Part shown: positions 19,753-29,986 of the stretch, one piece after another
Layout of the letters: each line of letters opens with the position of its first letter
Position numbering within the stretch: the first letter of the stretch is position 1
Assembly: GCA_025920425.1 (NCBI GenBank)
Contig: JAPDLS010000001.1
Span: 92,288-156,287 of the forward strand
Source of the DNA: Candidatus Haiyanarchaeum thermophilum
GTDB taxonomy: Archaea; Nanobdellota; Nanobdellia; JAPDLS01; Haiyanarchaeaceae
Direction of reading: 5' to 3'
DNA length: 64,000 bases
The notes under the pieces: generated by a model
The model's input: only the letters and a program-made list of their open reading frames with translations
Databases searched by the model: none
Told to the model about the DNA's origin: nothing
Made by a program: the position numbers and the translations under genes

Positions 19753-21438
19753 ATGAGAAGATTAATTTTACCATTACTAATCTTATTCCTTGGAGTAGCA
19801 TTTGGGCAGGAAGCAATTCTTACCACCACTCTTACTTACCCAGATACTTTAGTGGCTGGAGTGATCGGAGCCAGAGACAGCATACCTATTTTTCTTACTT
19901 ACAGAGACATTCTCCCTCCAGAAGTACTGAGTGAACTCCAACAATTGAATATAACCAAAATATATATCATAGGGGGACCAGCAGTAGTAAGTGAGGCTGT
20001 AGAGAATACTCTGGTTCAAAATGGCTTTGAAGTGGTGAGGCTGTGGGGGATGACTCGATTTGGAACAGCATGTGAAGTAGCACAGTACTTCTGGCCTACA
20101 GGATCAAACAAAGTAGTAATTACTTGGGATCAACTTGATTCTCCTGAGCAGAACCTAACCACGGCTCAGCAATTGGCTATAGCAAAGGAGTTAGCAGTTG
20201 CAGAGAAAGTACCTCTTTTGATCATACCTAGAGATACCCTTCCTTGGACAATAGCAGACTGTCTAGCTCAGTTGAGGGTAAGCCGAGTGAAGATAGTAGG
20301 TGATATAGGGGAAATGGCCAAAAGGAAGCTTGCCGAGCTTGCATTTAACATCGAGGAAGAATTCACAGGAAATCTTAGCCAAATTCAAGAGAGAGTTAGG
20401 AGTAGAATTAGAGAAAGGATAGGGAAAAGTTTAATAGTAGCTGCCGTAGGGAACTGGACAGATGTGGTCAAAGCTCCCTATCATCCTGGAAATGGGACAG
20501 TAAGATTGATTTCAAGTGAGGCAGAGATTGAGCAGTTAATAGAAGAGATTCAAACTTATAACTATACAAATATAAAAATAGTAGGTAAACCAGATTTGGC
20601 ACAGAGAATTTGGGATGCATTAGCTTCTAAGGGAATTAATTCTACATTAGTTTCTGCCAAGCCTCTTCCCCAACAAGTAATTCAAAATGTGGAAGATCAT
20701 CTAAATGAGATGAAGAAAATTAGGGAACGACTGAGAGTTCAAATCCAAGAGATGAAGGAGATGGTTAAAGAGACGATCAGAGAGACAATTGATAAATGCA
20801 TGGACCAATATTTGGAAAGTGTTAGAAAGATCGAAGAGATTGGGAGCAGGGTAGTGATTCCAGGAAGGCCAGCTATCATGGATGAGCTCAATCGTACTAG
20901 GGATGAGCTTCAAAGGAGAATAGCAGAGAACAAAACGATAGAGGCCTATGAATCTTGTTTAAGATTACGAAAGCTAGTTCACCTAGTAAAGTGGAAGACA
21001 AATCAAACTGAAGAACTAATTGATGTCGAGACTAAGCCATTCAATCTGACGATCGGAGTAAAATCAGGAGATTACATCAGATACATGGTCGGAGATTTTG
21101 AAATTATGGTAAGGATTTTGGAAGTCAACCAGAGTGAGATTAAGCTCCAAGTAACTGGATTCAGGGAGAGCAGTAATCAAACCATTACTCTTAAACCTAC
21201 ACTTGCACCTAGTGAAGGACCTTTCATCCCAGCCAATTTATCTGAATCTTACTTGATCTCAAGACCACCATTCTGGGTAGTTTCAGTGGAAACTAAAGAG
21301 TATTTAGGGAAGGTAAGGGAAGTAATTAGAATAAAGAGGGAAAGGGGAGAAGCTTACTACGACAAGCTCACAGGAGTACTACTTGAGTTAAGAGAGGATT
21401 CTAATCGCCTCATAATAAAAGAAACAAATATCTTCTGA
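19753..21438 (+). CDS. secreted protein with three N-terminal cell-wall-binding-like (CWB2-type) repeats and many N-glycosylation sequons
   Basis: Signal peptide MRRLILPLLILFLGVAFG; repeats carrying the motif KIYIIGGPAVVS...RLWGMTRFGTA; more than ten N-x-S/T sequons. Confidence 0.5.
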   Translation: MRRLILPLLILFLGVAFGQEAILTTTLTYPDTLVAGVIGARDSIPIFLTYRDILPPEVLSELQQLNITKIYIIGGPAVVSEAVENTLVQNGFEVVRLWGMTRFGTACEVAQYFWPTGSNKVVITWDQLDSPEQNLTTAQQLAIAKELAVAEKVPLLIIPRDTLPWTIADCLAQLRVSRVKIVGDIGEMAKRKLAELAFNIEEEFTGNLSQIQERVRSRIRERIGKSLIVAAVGNWTDVVKAPYHPGNGTVRLISSEAEIEQLIEEIQTYNYTNIKIVGKPDLAQRIWDALASKGINSTLVSAKPLPQQVIQNVEDHLNEMKKIRERLRVQIQEMKEMVKETIRETIDKCMDQYLESVRKIEEIGSRVVIPGRPAIMDELNRTRDELQRRIAENKTIEAYESCLRLRKLVHLVKWKTNQTEELIDVETKPFNLTIGVKSGDYIRYMVGDFEIMVRILEVNQSEIKLQVTGFRESSNQTITLKPTLAPSEGPFIPANLSESYLISRPPFWVVSVETKEYLGKVREVIRIKRERGEAYYDKLTGVLLELREDSNRLIIKETNIF

Positions 21439-21514
21439 ACCTTACTTTAAATTTTTTATTATTGCCCTGGCGTTGGAAAGATTTAAATATCTTTAAGATG
21501 AAATTTAGAGAGGT

Positions 21515-23467
21515 ATGGAAGTAGCAATAATGGTGCTCTCCATCTTTTCCATCATCCTTCCTCTATACTTCTATTACTATATCAAAAAGCAAGCGGTAGG
21601 AACTCCAAGAATGGCTAAAATAGCGTCTTTCATCGAAGAGGGAGCAATGGCTTACCTCAAGAGACAATTCCTAGTACTTTCTATTTTCGTAATAATCTTT
21701 TCAGTCCTTCTAGCAATTTTTTTCTCCATTGGGATAGCACTCTCCTATCTCTTAGGAGCATTCCTGTGCAGTTTAGCCAGTCTGCTTGGGATGATGAGTG
21801 CGGTTAAGACAAATGTTAGGGTAGCTCATTTAGCTAGACGTGGTGTGAAGCCCGCCTTCAGGATCGCTTTTTTGGGTGGTTCTATTACTGGATTTTCAAT
21901 TGTAGGTTTGGCCCTATTTGGAATAGCTTTGCTTTACTACTTATTCAAAGACCTACAGTTGATTCTAGGCTTCAGCTTTGGGGCGAGTTCACTCGCACTT
22001 TTCGCCAAGGCTGGTGGAGGAATATATACCAAGACAGCTGACATAAGCGCAGACTTAGTAGGCAAGGTGGAGCTGGGGATTCCAGAAGACGATCCTAGAA
22101 ATCCGGCTGTAATCGCAGATAATGTTGGAGATAACGTAGGAGATGTGGCTGGAATGGCTGCAGACCTTATAGATTCCTATATCGCCAGTCTCATTGCTGC
22201 CATGATACTTGGATCAACAATTGGAGTTGCTGAAACTGTTCTTCCTCTACTATATGCGGCTGCAGGACTGCTAGCTTCTTGGCTTGCTGTAGCAATCATC
22301 ATCAGAAAGGATCCTGAGACCATGATGAATTTAGGTACTTTATTCACATGTGTAATCTTCGCCATTTTTTCCTCACTAGCTACTTATCTGCTAAATGTGA
22401 GTTTCAATGTATACTTTGCTATGCTCTCCGGATTGACGGTTGGAGCGATAATGGGAATTACTACGAATTATTTTACATCCATCGATAGAAATCCTGTCAG
22501 GAGAATCGCGAGCTCATCCACCAGCGGAGCAGCCCTAAACATCCTATATGGATTTTCCTATGGAATTATGAGTATAGTGCCATCTTTGATAGGAATTGCC
22601 ATTGCTACTATCTTAGCTTGGAATTTTGCCGGAGTATATGGGATTTCTATGGCTGCAGTAGGATTGCTTAGCATAGTAAGCTGGGTTGTCTCTGGAGATG
22701 CATATGGCCCAATTGTGGATAACTCCAAGGGGATTGCTGAACAATCCAGACTCCCAAAAAAAGTAATAGAAGTATGTGATAGATTAGATTCGATTGGAAA
22801 TACGACCAAAGCTGTAACTAAAGGGTTTGCTATAGGGGCAGCAGCTCTTACCGTACTTTCACTATTTTCAGCCTACTCTGAACTGGTTAAAATAGAGGTG
22901 TTGAGCTTAATTGATCCTCTTGTGATAGCAGGAATATTCATCGGAGCTATGGTTCCTCCACTACTCTCAGCTCTCCTGATCTTGGCTGTAGGTAAAAATT
23001 CAAATAGGATGATAGCTGAGATCAGGAGACAGTTTAGGGAAATTCCAGGATTAGTGGAGGGGAAGGCTAAACCAGATTATGGGAAATGTGTAGATATAGC
23101 CACTAAAGGAGCTTTGTTAGAACTAATGCCTATCTGTCTCATTTCGATTCTGTTCACTTTAGGAGTGGGTTTCCTCCTAGGAAAGGCAGCCTTGGCAGGC
23201 TACCTCGCTGGAAGCATAGTTACTGGAATTATCTTTGCACTCTTCATGGCCAATTCAGGAGGAGCTTGGGATAATGCAAAGAAATTGATTGAGTCAGGAG
23301 AATTTGGAGGGAAGGGTTCTGAAGCCCATAAGGCTGCAGTAATTGGGGATACTGTAGGAGATCCATTCAAAGATACAGCTGGACCATCTTTAAATACTCT
23401 AATCACTGTAATGTCCCTTACTGCCTCTGTCTTTGCCCCCCTGATCTCCGCATTCGCTCTTTTATAG
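21515..23467 (+). CDS. hppA: membrane-bound H+-translocating pyrophosphatase, predicted K+-independent subtype
   Basis: DNVGDNVGD signature, about 15 TM segments, GNTTKA motif with Lys at the K+-dependence position. Confidence 0.9.
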   Translation: MEVAIMVLSIFSIILPLYFYYYIKKQAVGTPRMAKIASFIEEGAMAYLKRQFLVLSIFVIIFSVLLAIFFSIGIALSYLLGAFLCSLASLLGMMSAVKTNVRVAHLARRGVKPAFRIAFLGGSITGFSIVGLALFGIALLYYLFKDLQLILGFSFGASSLALFAKAGGGIYTKTADISADLVGKVELGIPEDDPRNPAVIADNVGDNVGDVAGMAADLIDSYIASLIAAMILGSTIGVAETVLPLLYAAAGLLASWLAVAIIIRKDPETMMNLGTLFTCVIFAIFSSLATYLLNVSFNVYFAMLSGLTVGAIMGITTNYFTSIDRNPVRRIASSSTSGAALNILYGFSYGIMSIVPSLIGIAIATILAWNFAGVYGISMAAVGLLSIVSWVVSGDAYGPIVDNSKGIAEQSRLPKKVIEVCDRLDSIGNTTKAVTKGFAIGAAALTVLSLFSAYSELVKIEVLSLIDPLVIAGIFIGAMVPPLLSALLILAVGKNSNRMIAEIRRQFREIPGLVEGKAKPDYGKCVDIATKGALLELMPICLISILFTLGVGFLLGKAALAGYLAGSIVTGIIFALFMANSGGAWDNAKKLIESGEFGGKGSEAHKAAVIGDTVGDPFKDTAGPSLNTLITVMSLTASVFAPLISAFALL

Positions 23468-23477
23468 ATCTTAAATG

Positions 23478-23485
23478 TTTTAAAC
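23478..23485 (+). promoter_or_regulatory. putative TATA box (TTTTAAAC) about 26 nt upstream of tRNA-Ser(GGA)
   Basis: AT-rich box at canonical spacing from the tRNA 5' end. Confidence 0.35.
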
Positions 23486-23506
23486 TTCAAATTCATCTTC
23501 ATTCTA

Positions 23507-23588
23507 GCCGGGGTACCCAAGCGGTTAAGGGGCACGCCTGGAGAGCGTGTGGGCTTTGCCCTCCTGGGTTCGAATCCCAGCCCCGGCG
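23507..23588 (+). tRNA. tRNA-Ser (anticodon GGA), 82 nt
   Basis: Same cloverleaf as the gene at 1024..1105; anticodon loop CTGGAGA; differs from the UGA copy only at position 34. Confidence 0.85.
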
Positions 23589-23689
23589 TCCTCAACTTAA
23601 TTTAATATGCCTGTTTTCCTCCATAACTATCGGTGTGGGAAGTAATGTTACAAGTGAGAAAGGCTAGATTAAGAATCAGTGGTAATAGT

Positions 23690-24829
23690 CTATCTCGTAA
23701 CCTCAAGCTCCCGCATTTCTTCTAAATATTTCTTCCCATTTCCTTCTAGGAAATATTTTCTGGCCGGTTCTAAGATCTGAATGAGGTAGTTAGCAACAGT
23801 ATCCTTAAGATCCATTGGATGAATTTTTCCTTCCATGTATTCCTTCTCCAAATCTCCAAACACTTTGAATTTCTTCACACCTCCTTTCTTTAAATTCTTA
23901 ACTTGAAACTCTTCCTCTCTTCTACTTAACCATGGAAATATGATATGCTGGGCAATTTCCACTATAGGATTCAACTCAATCTCATTAGGTGGGCAGAAGG
24001 CGCTGCGAATTTTTTTTCTTATCTCCTCCTCACTATCATGGATAAATATAGCACTTTGAGGTCTAGACTTGGACATCTTAATATCTATAATACTCTCTTC
24101 AAATGTTTTCCTATCTCCTCTCTTTCTCGCTTCCAAGATTTTCCTTCTTTGCTCCTCGCTTACATGGATTCCCATTAGAAGATGATGATGTACTGCAACA
24201 GGCTTATATCCAAATTCTTTCCATACTTCAATAGCAATTACATGAGCCTTTCTTTGATCAAGTCCTCCATGAGCCAAGTTTACCCCTAAGCTGAAGATAT
24301 CTGCTACTTGCATCGGTACGTAAATCAACTGGGCAAAGTCAAGTTTTTCCCCCATTTTTCTTCCCATTATTGTTATGCTCCTCATAGCCCTTCCCAAACT
24401 TATTTTCTCACTTACCTTAATCACATTTTCTAGATACTTGAGGCCAAGTTTCCCATAAAATTCAGAGCCTAAGATGAATTTAGTCTTGCTAGGGTCTCCT
24501 CCAATACATTTTAATGAAATCTTGAGGGCTTCTTGGAAATATCCTCCAGCCACTTTTTTGATCACATCCAAATTTCCATTTAACTTCTTGTTGATCCAAG
24601 AATGGTAATCAGCCAAAAATATGGCGGTCTCAATTCCAGCCTCTTGAAAATCTGCCACTTTCCTAAGAGCTACGAGCCCCAAGCCTATATGTACTTCTCC
24701 AGAAATTTCAAACCCTATGTAGTGCCTCAATCTTTCTTTCTTTTCTAAGTATTCTAGTAATTTTTCCTCAGTTAGGATTTCCACAGTAGGAGGCTTCTTG
24801 ATTAACTCCAACATTTCGTGCCGATCCAT
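23690..24829 (-). CDS. tyrS: tyrosyl-tRNA synthetase (class I), divergent, with insertions
   Basis: KMSKS motif present; blocks YVPMQVADI...GGLDQRKAH and HPMDLK match archaeal TyrRS; likely start at the second Met (MDRHEML). Confidence 0.8.
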   Translation of the reverse strand: MDRHEMLELIKKPPTVEILTEEKLLEYLEKKERLRHYIGFEISGEVHIGLGLVALRKVADFQEAGIETAIFLADYHSWINKKLNGNLDVIKKVAGGYFQEALKISLKCIGGDPSKTKFILGSEFYGKLGLKYLENVIKVSEKISLGRAMRSITIMGRKMGEKLDFAQLIYVPMQVADIFSLGVNLAHGGLDQRKAHVIAIEVWKEFGYKPVAVHHHLLMGIHVSEEQRRKILEARKRGDRKTFEESIIDIKMSKSRPQSAIFIHDSEEEIRKKIRSAFCPPNEIELNPIVEIAQHIIFPWLSRREEEFQVKNLKKGGVKKFKVFGDLEKEYMEGKIHPMDLKDTVANYLIQILEPARKYFLEGNGKKYLEEMRELEVTR

Positions 24830-24886
24830 CGATATCACTTTATTCCTCAATTTTTATAAAGTTATTCCTATCAATTAAGATTAGTA

Positions 24887-25810
24887 ATGCAACTCATCGA
24901 TCTGGTGTGTATAGGAGATATTACTTTAGACATAGTTTCATATCCCCTCAGAGACTTTCCCAAGAAGGAGGAAGAGATCTCAACGCACGAGGAGATAAGA
25001 TTCCAAATAGGAGGAGGAGCAGCGATAGCTGCCTGTTCAGCTTCTTCGCTAGGTTTGAACACTGTGCTCTTGGGTTGTGTAGGTAGGGATTGGGCAGGAG
25101 ATTTTCTATTGAAACAAATCGGGAAATGGGGGGTGAAGTGTGAAGTGCGAAGGAAAGAAGTGAGTACAGCGAAAAGCATAATAATCTCGTTTGAAGATGG
25201 TCTTCGCAGCATCATTAATTATGCCGGGGCCAACGCACATTTAGCTTTGGAGGATCTCAATCTCAGCATCTTGAGGAGAACTAAGAACTTGCTCCTTTCA
25301 GGAGTTTTTCATTTGAAGAGATTAAAGAGAGATCTATGGAAGATTCTTAAGCTAGCTAAACAGAGTGGAGCCCATACTTTTATAAATCTCTCCACTGTTC
25401 GAACTGGAGCAAGCTATCTCTCTAAATGCTTAAGTTATATAGATTTCATCTTCTGCACTCAGAGAGAGCTTCATCTGCTTCTCAAGGAAATTTCAATTCC
25501 TAACGTTAGAGAGGTCTTCAGAAGGTATCCTATCACCCTAGTGATTCATCTAGGCAAAAAAGGAGCAGTGCTTCTGAGTAAGGACAAGTTGATCAGGCAG
25601 AAAAGTATTAAAGTCAAATCCCTCAATCCAGTAGGTTCAGGGGATGTGTTCAATTCAGCATTTATCTTAGCGATGCATAGAGGATTCAGTTTTGATAGGG
25701 CATTGAAGTTTGCCACTGCCTCAGCAGTCACATATCTTATGAAACCTGCTCAGCAATTTAGTAACTTTGAGGAAGTGAAAAATTTCGAGAAAAATTTTAA
25801 TCAAATCTAG
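24887..25810 (+). CDS. PfkB-family carbohydrate kinase (ribokinase-like)
   Basis: N-terminal GG motif (IGGGAAIAA) and C-terminal GSGDVFNSAF anion-hole motif. Confidence 0.7.
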   Translation: MQLIDLVCIGDITLDIVSYPLRDFPKKEEEISTHEEIRFQIGGGAAIAACSASSLGLNTVLLGCVGRDWAGDFLLKQIGKWGVKCEVRRKEVSTAKSIIISFEDGLRSIINYAGANAHLALEDLNLSILRRTKNLLLSGVFHLKRLKRDLWKILKLAKQSGAHTFINLSTVRTGASYLSKCLSYIDFIFCTQRELHLLLKEISIPNVREVFRRYPITLVIHLGKKGAVLLSKDKLIRQKSIKVKSLNPVGSGDVFNSAFILAMHRGFSFDRALKFATASAVTYLMKPAQQFSNFEEVKNFEKNFNQI

Positions 25811-25824
25811 TTCCTATAAAAAAT

Positions 25825-27690
25825 ATGTGGGAAAATATCTTTTTGATCGAGGTATCCTCTGAAACCGCCAGAAAGATAGGTGGAATTTATACTGTGCTTA
25901 TGAGTAAGTCTCACAGAATAGTAGAGATTTTCAAACAAAACTATCTCCTAGTTGGACTCTATGATCAATATGTTGGGAAAGGTGAATTCTTTGAAGAACA
26001 ACCTCCTGATGAAACTCTAGCCAAGATTTTTTCCGAATTGAAGGGTTTGGGAATTAAATGTTATTATGGGAAGTGGATCGTTGGAGGGGATGCTAGGGTA
26101 ATCTTGATTGAGCCTAGTGAGTTTGGAGAGAAAACAGTAAATGGGGAAAAGCAGATTAACTTAATAAAATATGAGTTGTGGAAGGACTTTGGAATAGATT
26201 CTCTCTTCATGGGGTGGGACTTCAATCGTAACGTATTATGGGCATATGCTGCTGGTATACTGATAGAGAAGATAATTAATTCCTATCCCAGTTTTAAATT
26301 CATAGTTCACTGTCATGAATGGATCTCAGGAGCAGCGCTCCTCTATTTGAGGAAGAAGAAGGTAAGAGCCTCCCTCATATTCACAACTCACGCTACCTCA
26401 TTAGGGAGGGCGAAAGTGGCTGCAGGAGAGGATTTAATCAAAGAAGTAAATGAGGGAATTAAAAGTGGTAAGACAGTAGATGTTCAGATAGCATACAGGT
26501 TCAAATTAGAGGGCCAGCATCTACTCGAGAAAGCCTGTGTAAATCACTGTGATGTGTTTACCACTGTGAGCGATGTAATAGACAGAGAGGCTGAATACAT
26601 GTTCGGTAGGAAGAGCGATGTCATCACTCCAAATGGAATAGATTTCAATAGGGTACCAAATGTAGGAGAGGTCAAGCATATAGCTAGGAGTGCTAGAGAA
26701 GAGGTGGAAAAATTATGTTATGCTATATTTCTTCCTTACTATGCCATTCATCCAAAAGATTCTCTATTTATCTATCTCTCCGGGAGATATGAGATGTATG
26801 ATAAGGGGATAGACCTCTATATCAAATGCCTAGCCAAGTTGGATGAACTCCTGAGAAAAAAACAAATTATAAAGGACATTTTTGCTTTCATCTTCGTACC
26901 TACTAGCATTACTAGACCAAATGAAGATATCTGTACTAATCTATTGATAGTAGATAGGATGTACGATTTGTTTAAGTCATATAGGATAGATCCCGAGATC
27001 CTCTCAGATTTCAATGAAGTTACCAAATTTCTAGCCGAATTTTCTGATGGGAAGAAAGTAGATATAAGTAAATTCTCTCAGTTTTTCCTAGATTTGCCCC
27101 AAGATGTGAAGATGGAAGCTGTGAAGCTCTATAAAAACTTAAGAAAATCAAATTCCAATCCTCCAATTAACTGCTTCCTCCTCACTTATCCAAATGACCA
27201 AATACTCAATCTTCTCACTTCTCTTGGCTTAGTAAATAGCCAATTTAATAGGGTGAAAGTGATATTTTATCCTACTTATCTCAGGCCAGGAGATGGGCTC
27301 CTCCATATGGAGTACTGGAAAGTGATCAGCGCCTTTGATCTGGGAATTTTTCCCTCCCGCTACGAGCCTTGGGGTTATACTCCTGTAGAAGCAGCTACAA
27401 TGCTAAATTTAGCTATGACTACAGATAAGGCAGGATTCGGAAGGTATATTCTCGAAAAATTTGGGGAGAAGTTGAGCATAGCAGTAATTCCTATGGTAGA
27501 TAGGAGTGAAGAAGAAGTAATTGAGTGGATGACTCAGCATGTGTTAAAGATATTGAACTTGAGTAGGGAGGAACTAGAACTGCTGAAGGAAGAAGCTAGA
27601 AAAATAGTAGAAAGTTGTGATTGGAGTACTCAAATAAATAGCTATCTCAAAGCATATGAGCTGGGGTTGAGGAAGGTTGAGGGAAAATAA
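25825..27690 (+). CDS. eukaryote-type glycogen (starch) synthase, glycosyltransferase family GT3-like
   Basis: Block-by-block resemblance to animal/fungal glycogen synthase: KIGGIYTV, HCHEW, FTTHATSLGR, TPNG, RVKVIFYP...FPSRYEPWGYTPVEA. Confidence 0.75.
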   Translation: MWENIFLIEVSSETARKIGGIYTVLMSKSHRIVEIFKQNYLLVGLYDQYVGKGEFFEEQPPDETLAKIFSELKGLGIKCYYGKWIVGGDARVILIEPSEFGEKTVNGEKQINLIKYELWKDFGIDSLFMGWDFNRNVLWAYAAGILIEKIINSYPSFKFIVHCHEWISGAALLYLRKKKVRASLIFTTHATSLGRAKVAAGEDLIKEVNEGIKSGKTVDVQIAYRFKLEGQHLLEKACVNHCDVFTTVSDVIDREAEYMFGRKSDVITPNGIDFNRVPNVGEVKHIARSAREEVEKLCYAIFLPYYAIHPKDSLFIYLSGRYEMYDKGIDLYIKCLAKLDELLRKKQIIKDIFAFIFVPTSITRPNEDICTNLLIVDRMYDLFKSYRIDPEILSDFNEVTKFLAEFSDGKKVDISKFSQFFLDLPQDVKMEAVKLYKNLRKSNSNPPINCFLLTYPNDQILNLLTSLGLVNSQFNRVKVIFYPTYLRPGDGLLHMEYWKVISAFDLGIFPSRYEPWGYTPVEAATMLNLAMTTDKAGFGRYILEKFGEKLSIAVIPMVDRSEEEVIEWMTQHVLKILNLSREELELLKEEARKIVESCDWSTQINSYLKAYELGLRKVEGK

Positions 27691-29632
27691 GAAATGTTAC
27701 CTAATTGCTGGTAATGAATGTTTTTTGCTTAGATTTACCAATACTTTTTTCGGTTCGAAATGGTTTGGAATTTGGTTTCCCCCGTATAAGTTCCTGGACT
27801 ACTTTGCTTATAGGATCACTCATGGCAATGATACTTTCTGGTTGACTAAGGATACACAGGAGCATTTTACATACCTCCCAGATATGGCGAAGCATATATT
27901 CAAGTATAAATCCCACGTAATCTTGGAAGAGGTCTATCCCACTATCGGATCGGGAATTGTAAGTGAACTAAAGTGGCTGGAGAAACCGGAGGGTGAAATA
28001 GAAGTTTTCTGTGAGGTAGGAGTGAACTTAAGAAAGTACTATGAGGATTTCTCATCTAATGATGTGAAGGTGCAGGAAACCGAAAATGGATTTAAGATAT
28101 ATAATTCTACTGTGAATTTCTTGTTAGGTTGTGACCATAAATTGAGAATCAATAGAGGCTTCTGGAAAGAACATTTTCCAGGAGATTATGTAAGAGATTG
28201 GATGTTCTTCAATGAGGTACCTCAGAGATGCTTCGTAATAGAATTGTCAACTGGACTGAAGGGGAATTCGATTAAATTTTTATTCTCAAGAGACGGAAAG
28301 TGGGAAAAACTTGAAAGGAAGGTGGAAGTAGATGTAGATCAAACCTATGAAGAAATTCTAAGAAGCTCTCTACTCTCTCCATCCATTTTCAAGCAAAGCT
28401 ATGATGGAAATTTTGGATATGTGGCAGGATTTCCATATTTTTTGGACTTCTGGGTAAGAGATGAATGTATAAACATCCAGAACTTCTTATTCCTCGGAGA
28501 ATTTCAAAACATAAGGAAAGCGCTTGAGAAGCATATCAAGATGGAGAGAAAAGGGACCATTCCTTTTCTGATAAGGCATAATGGCCAGATATTGTATCAC
28601 TCAGCAGATACAACCCCCCTCTGGCTTATCACCCTTTTTCATTACCTCAAATTTACGAATGACTGGAAGTTTTTGGCAGAATATGAGGATAGGATCAAGA
28701 ATTGTTTATTTAGTTTCTTTAAGCTGGATGAGGATGACGATTATCTCGCAGAATGTAGAAATCTCCTCAGCTGGATGGACTCAATAAATAGAGAGGGAAA
28801 ACCAATCGAAATCCAAGCTTTATGGGCAAAGGCTTTTCTCGAAGCCTACGATTTATTTGAGGAAAAATGGTTAAGAAGCATTGGAGAGAAAATTCTAATG
28901 CAAATTGAAAAGTTCTATCATGAAGGATTCTACTGGGACAGATTGGTAAACTCTTGGAAAGGAATGGGGAGAAGTTCCAATCCAGTTTGGCTCACCTTCT
29001 ATAAGTTACTAAATAAGCAAAGGGCTGAACAAATCTTAAATGTGTTGGAGGGGGAGGAGTTTACTACGAGGAGAGGCATAAGGAGCTTTTCTACTCAGGA
29101 TCCTCACTTCTCCCCGAATTCTTACCACAGAGGAATGGTATGGAACTTGCTCACTAACCTTATGATCATCTCTGAGTTTAATTATGGAAGGGTAGAAAAA
29201 GGTTTCAAATATCTAGAGTTACTCCTTCAGAACTACGGAGCTCGGTGCATGGGGAGCTTGGATGAAGTGTATGATGGTAATTTATCTCCACAAGGGGCTC
29301 TCTCCCAAGCTTGGAGCATTTCATTCATTCCAAGAATATTTTACGAGTTTATTCTTGGAATAAGGCCGAACACCTTTGAAAAAATTATTACTATGGCTCC
29401 GATAGATCAAGATAAGGTGAAGAGATTTTCTGGCAAGTTTAGGGTGGAAGACAGAGTGTTTGAGATTAAGTTTCGAATAGATAGGGAGGGAAGAAAAGTG
29501 TTCAGGATCCTAGAATTTCCTGAGGATTACAAATTACTCCTTACACCTCCTTCTCAAAAATTTTCAGTGAATCACGATATTTATACTGAGAAAGCAGTTT
29601 TGGAAGGGAAATATTTTGAAATTAGATATTAA
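27677..29632 (+). CDS. glycogen debranching enzyme-like protein (amylo-alpha-1,6-glucosidase C-terminal domain, GH133-like)
   Basis: Catalytic-domain blocks FLDFWVRDE and GALSQAWS; start overlaps the glycogen synthase gene by 14 nt. Confidence 0.55.
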   Translation: MRENKKCYLIAGNECFLLRFTNTFFGSKWFGIWFPPYKFLDYFAYRITHGNDTFWLTKDTQEHFTYLPDMAKHIFKYKSHVILEEVYPTIGSGIVSELKWLEKPEGEIEVFCEVGVNLRKYYEDFSSNDVKVQETENGFKIYNSTVNFLLGCDHKLRINRGFWKEHFPGDYVRDWMFFNEVPQRCFVIELSTGLKGNSIKFLFSRDGKWEKLERKVEVDVDQTYEEILRSSLLSPSIFKQSYDGNFGYVAGFPYFLDFWVRDECINIQNFLFLGEFQNIRKALEKHIKMERKGTIPFLIRHNGQILYHSADTTPLWLITLFHYLKFTNDWKFLAEYEDRIKNCLFSFFKLDEDDDYLAECRNLLSWMDSINREGKPIEIQALWAKAFLEAYDLFEEKWLRSIGEKILMQIEKFYHEGFYWDRLVNSWKGMGRSSNPVWLTFYKLLNKQRAEQILNVLEGEEFTTRRGIRSFSTQDPHFSPNSYHRGMVWNLLTNLMIISEFNYGRVEKGFKYLELLLQNYGARCMGSLDEVYDGNLSPQGALSQAWSISFIPRIFYEFILGIRPNTFEKIITMAPIDQDKVKRFSGKFRVEDRVFEIKFRIDREGRKVFRILEFPEDYKLLLTPPSQKFSVNHDIYTEKAVLEGKYFEIRY

Positions 29633-29937
29633 TCAGTGATCTCTATCTCCATGTGAACATCCTTTGGTACAGGAATCCTCATAATGAGTCTAAGAGCTCT
29701 CTCATTCAAATTGAGGTCTATTGTCCTCTTATGGATCCTGAGCTCCCAAGTCTCATATAATTCCCTTCCTTGCCCACAGGGAGAAGTTCTTACAGGGACC
29801 TTCAATCTTTTAGTTGGTAGAGGAATTGGCCCACGCATATCTGCCCCTATCTTCTTCACAATATCTTTAATTTGTTCACATACCTCATTTAATTTCTCTA
29901 TATTCGTACTGCTCAGTTTTATCCTGGCCCTAGGCAT
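29629..29937 (-). CDS. rps10: 30S ribosomal protein S10 (uS10)
   Basis: 102-aa S10-like sequence (ARIKLSSTN...GPIPLPTKR). Confidence 0.85.
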   Translation of the reverse strand: MPRARIKLSSTNIEKLNEVCEQIKDIVKKIGADMRGPIPLPTKRLKVPVRTSPCGQGRELYETWELRIHKRTIDLNLNERALRLIMRIPVPKDVHMEIEITD

Positions 29938-29986
29938 AAATGTGTGGAAAAAGGTAAAGTTAAAAAGTTTTCGTAATGTGAATCCA

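Noticed and set aside
23200-23595. 131-aa minus-strand ORF overlapping tRNA-Ser(GGA)
   Set aside because: It is antisense to the 3' end of the pyrophosphatase gene and reads through the tRNA; its translation ([23 protein letters not shown]) is just the tRNA read in reverse.
23507-29632. Integrated mobile element at tRNA-Ser(GGA) carrying the glycogen genes
   Set aside because: No integrase, transposase, direct repeat of the tRNA 3' end or other mobile-element hallmark is visible; the island may still be horizontally acquired but there is no support for calling a mobile element.
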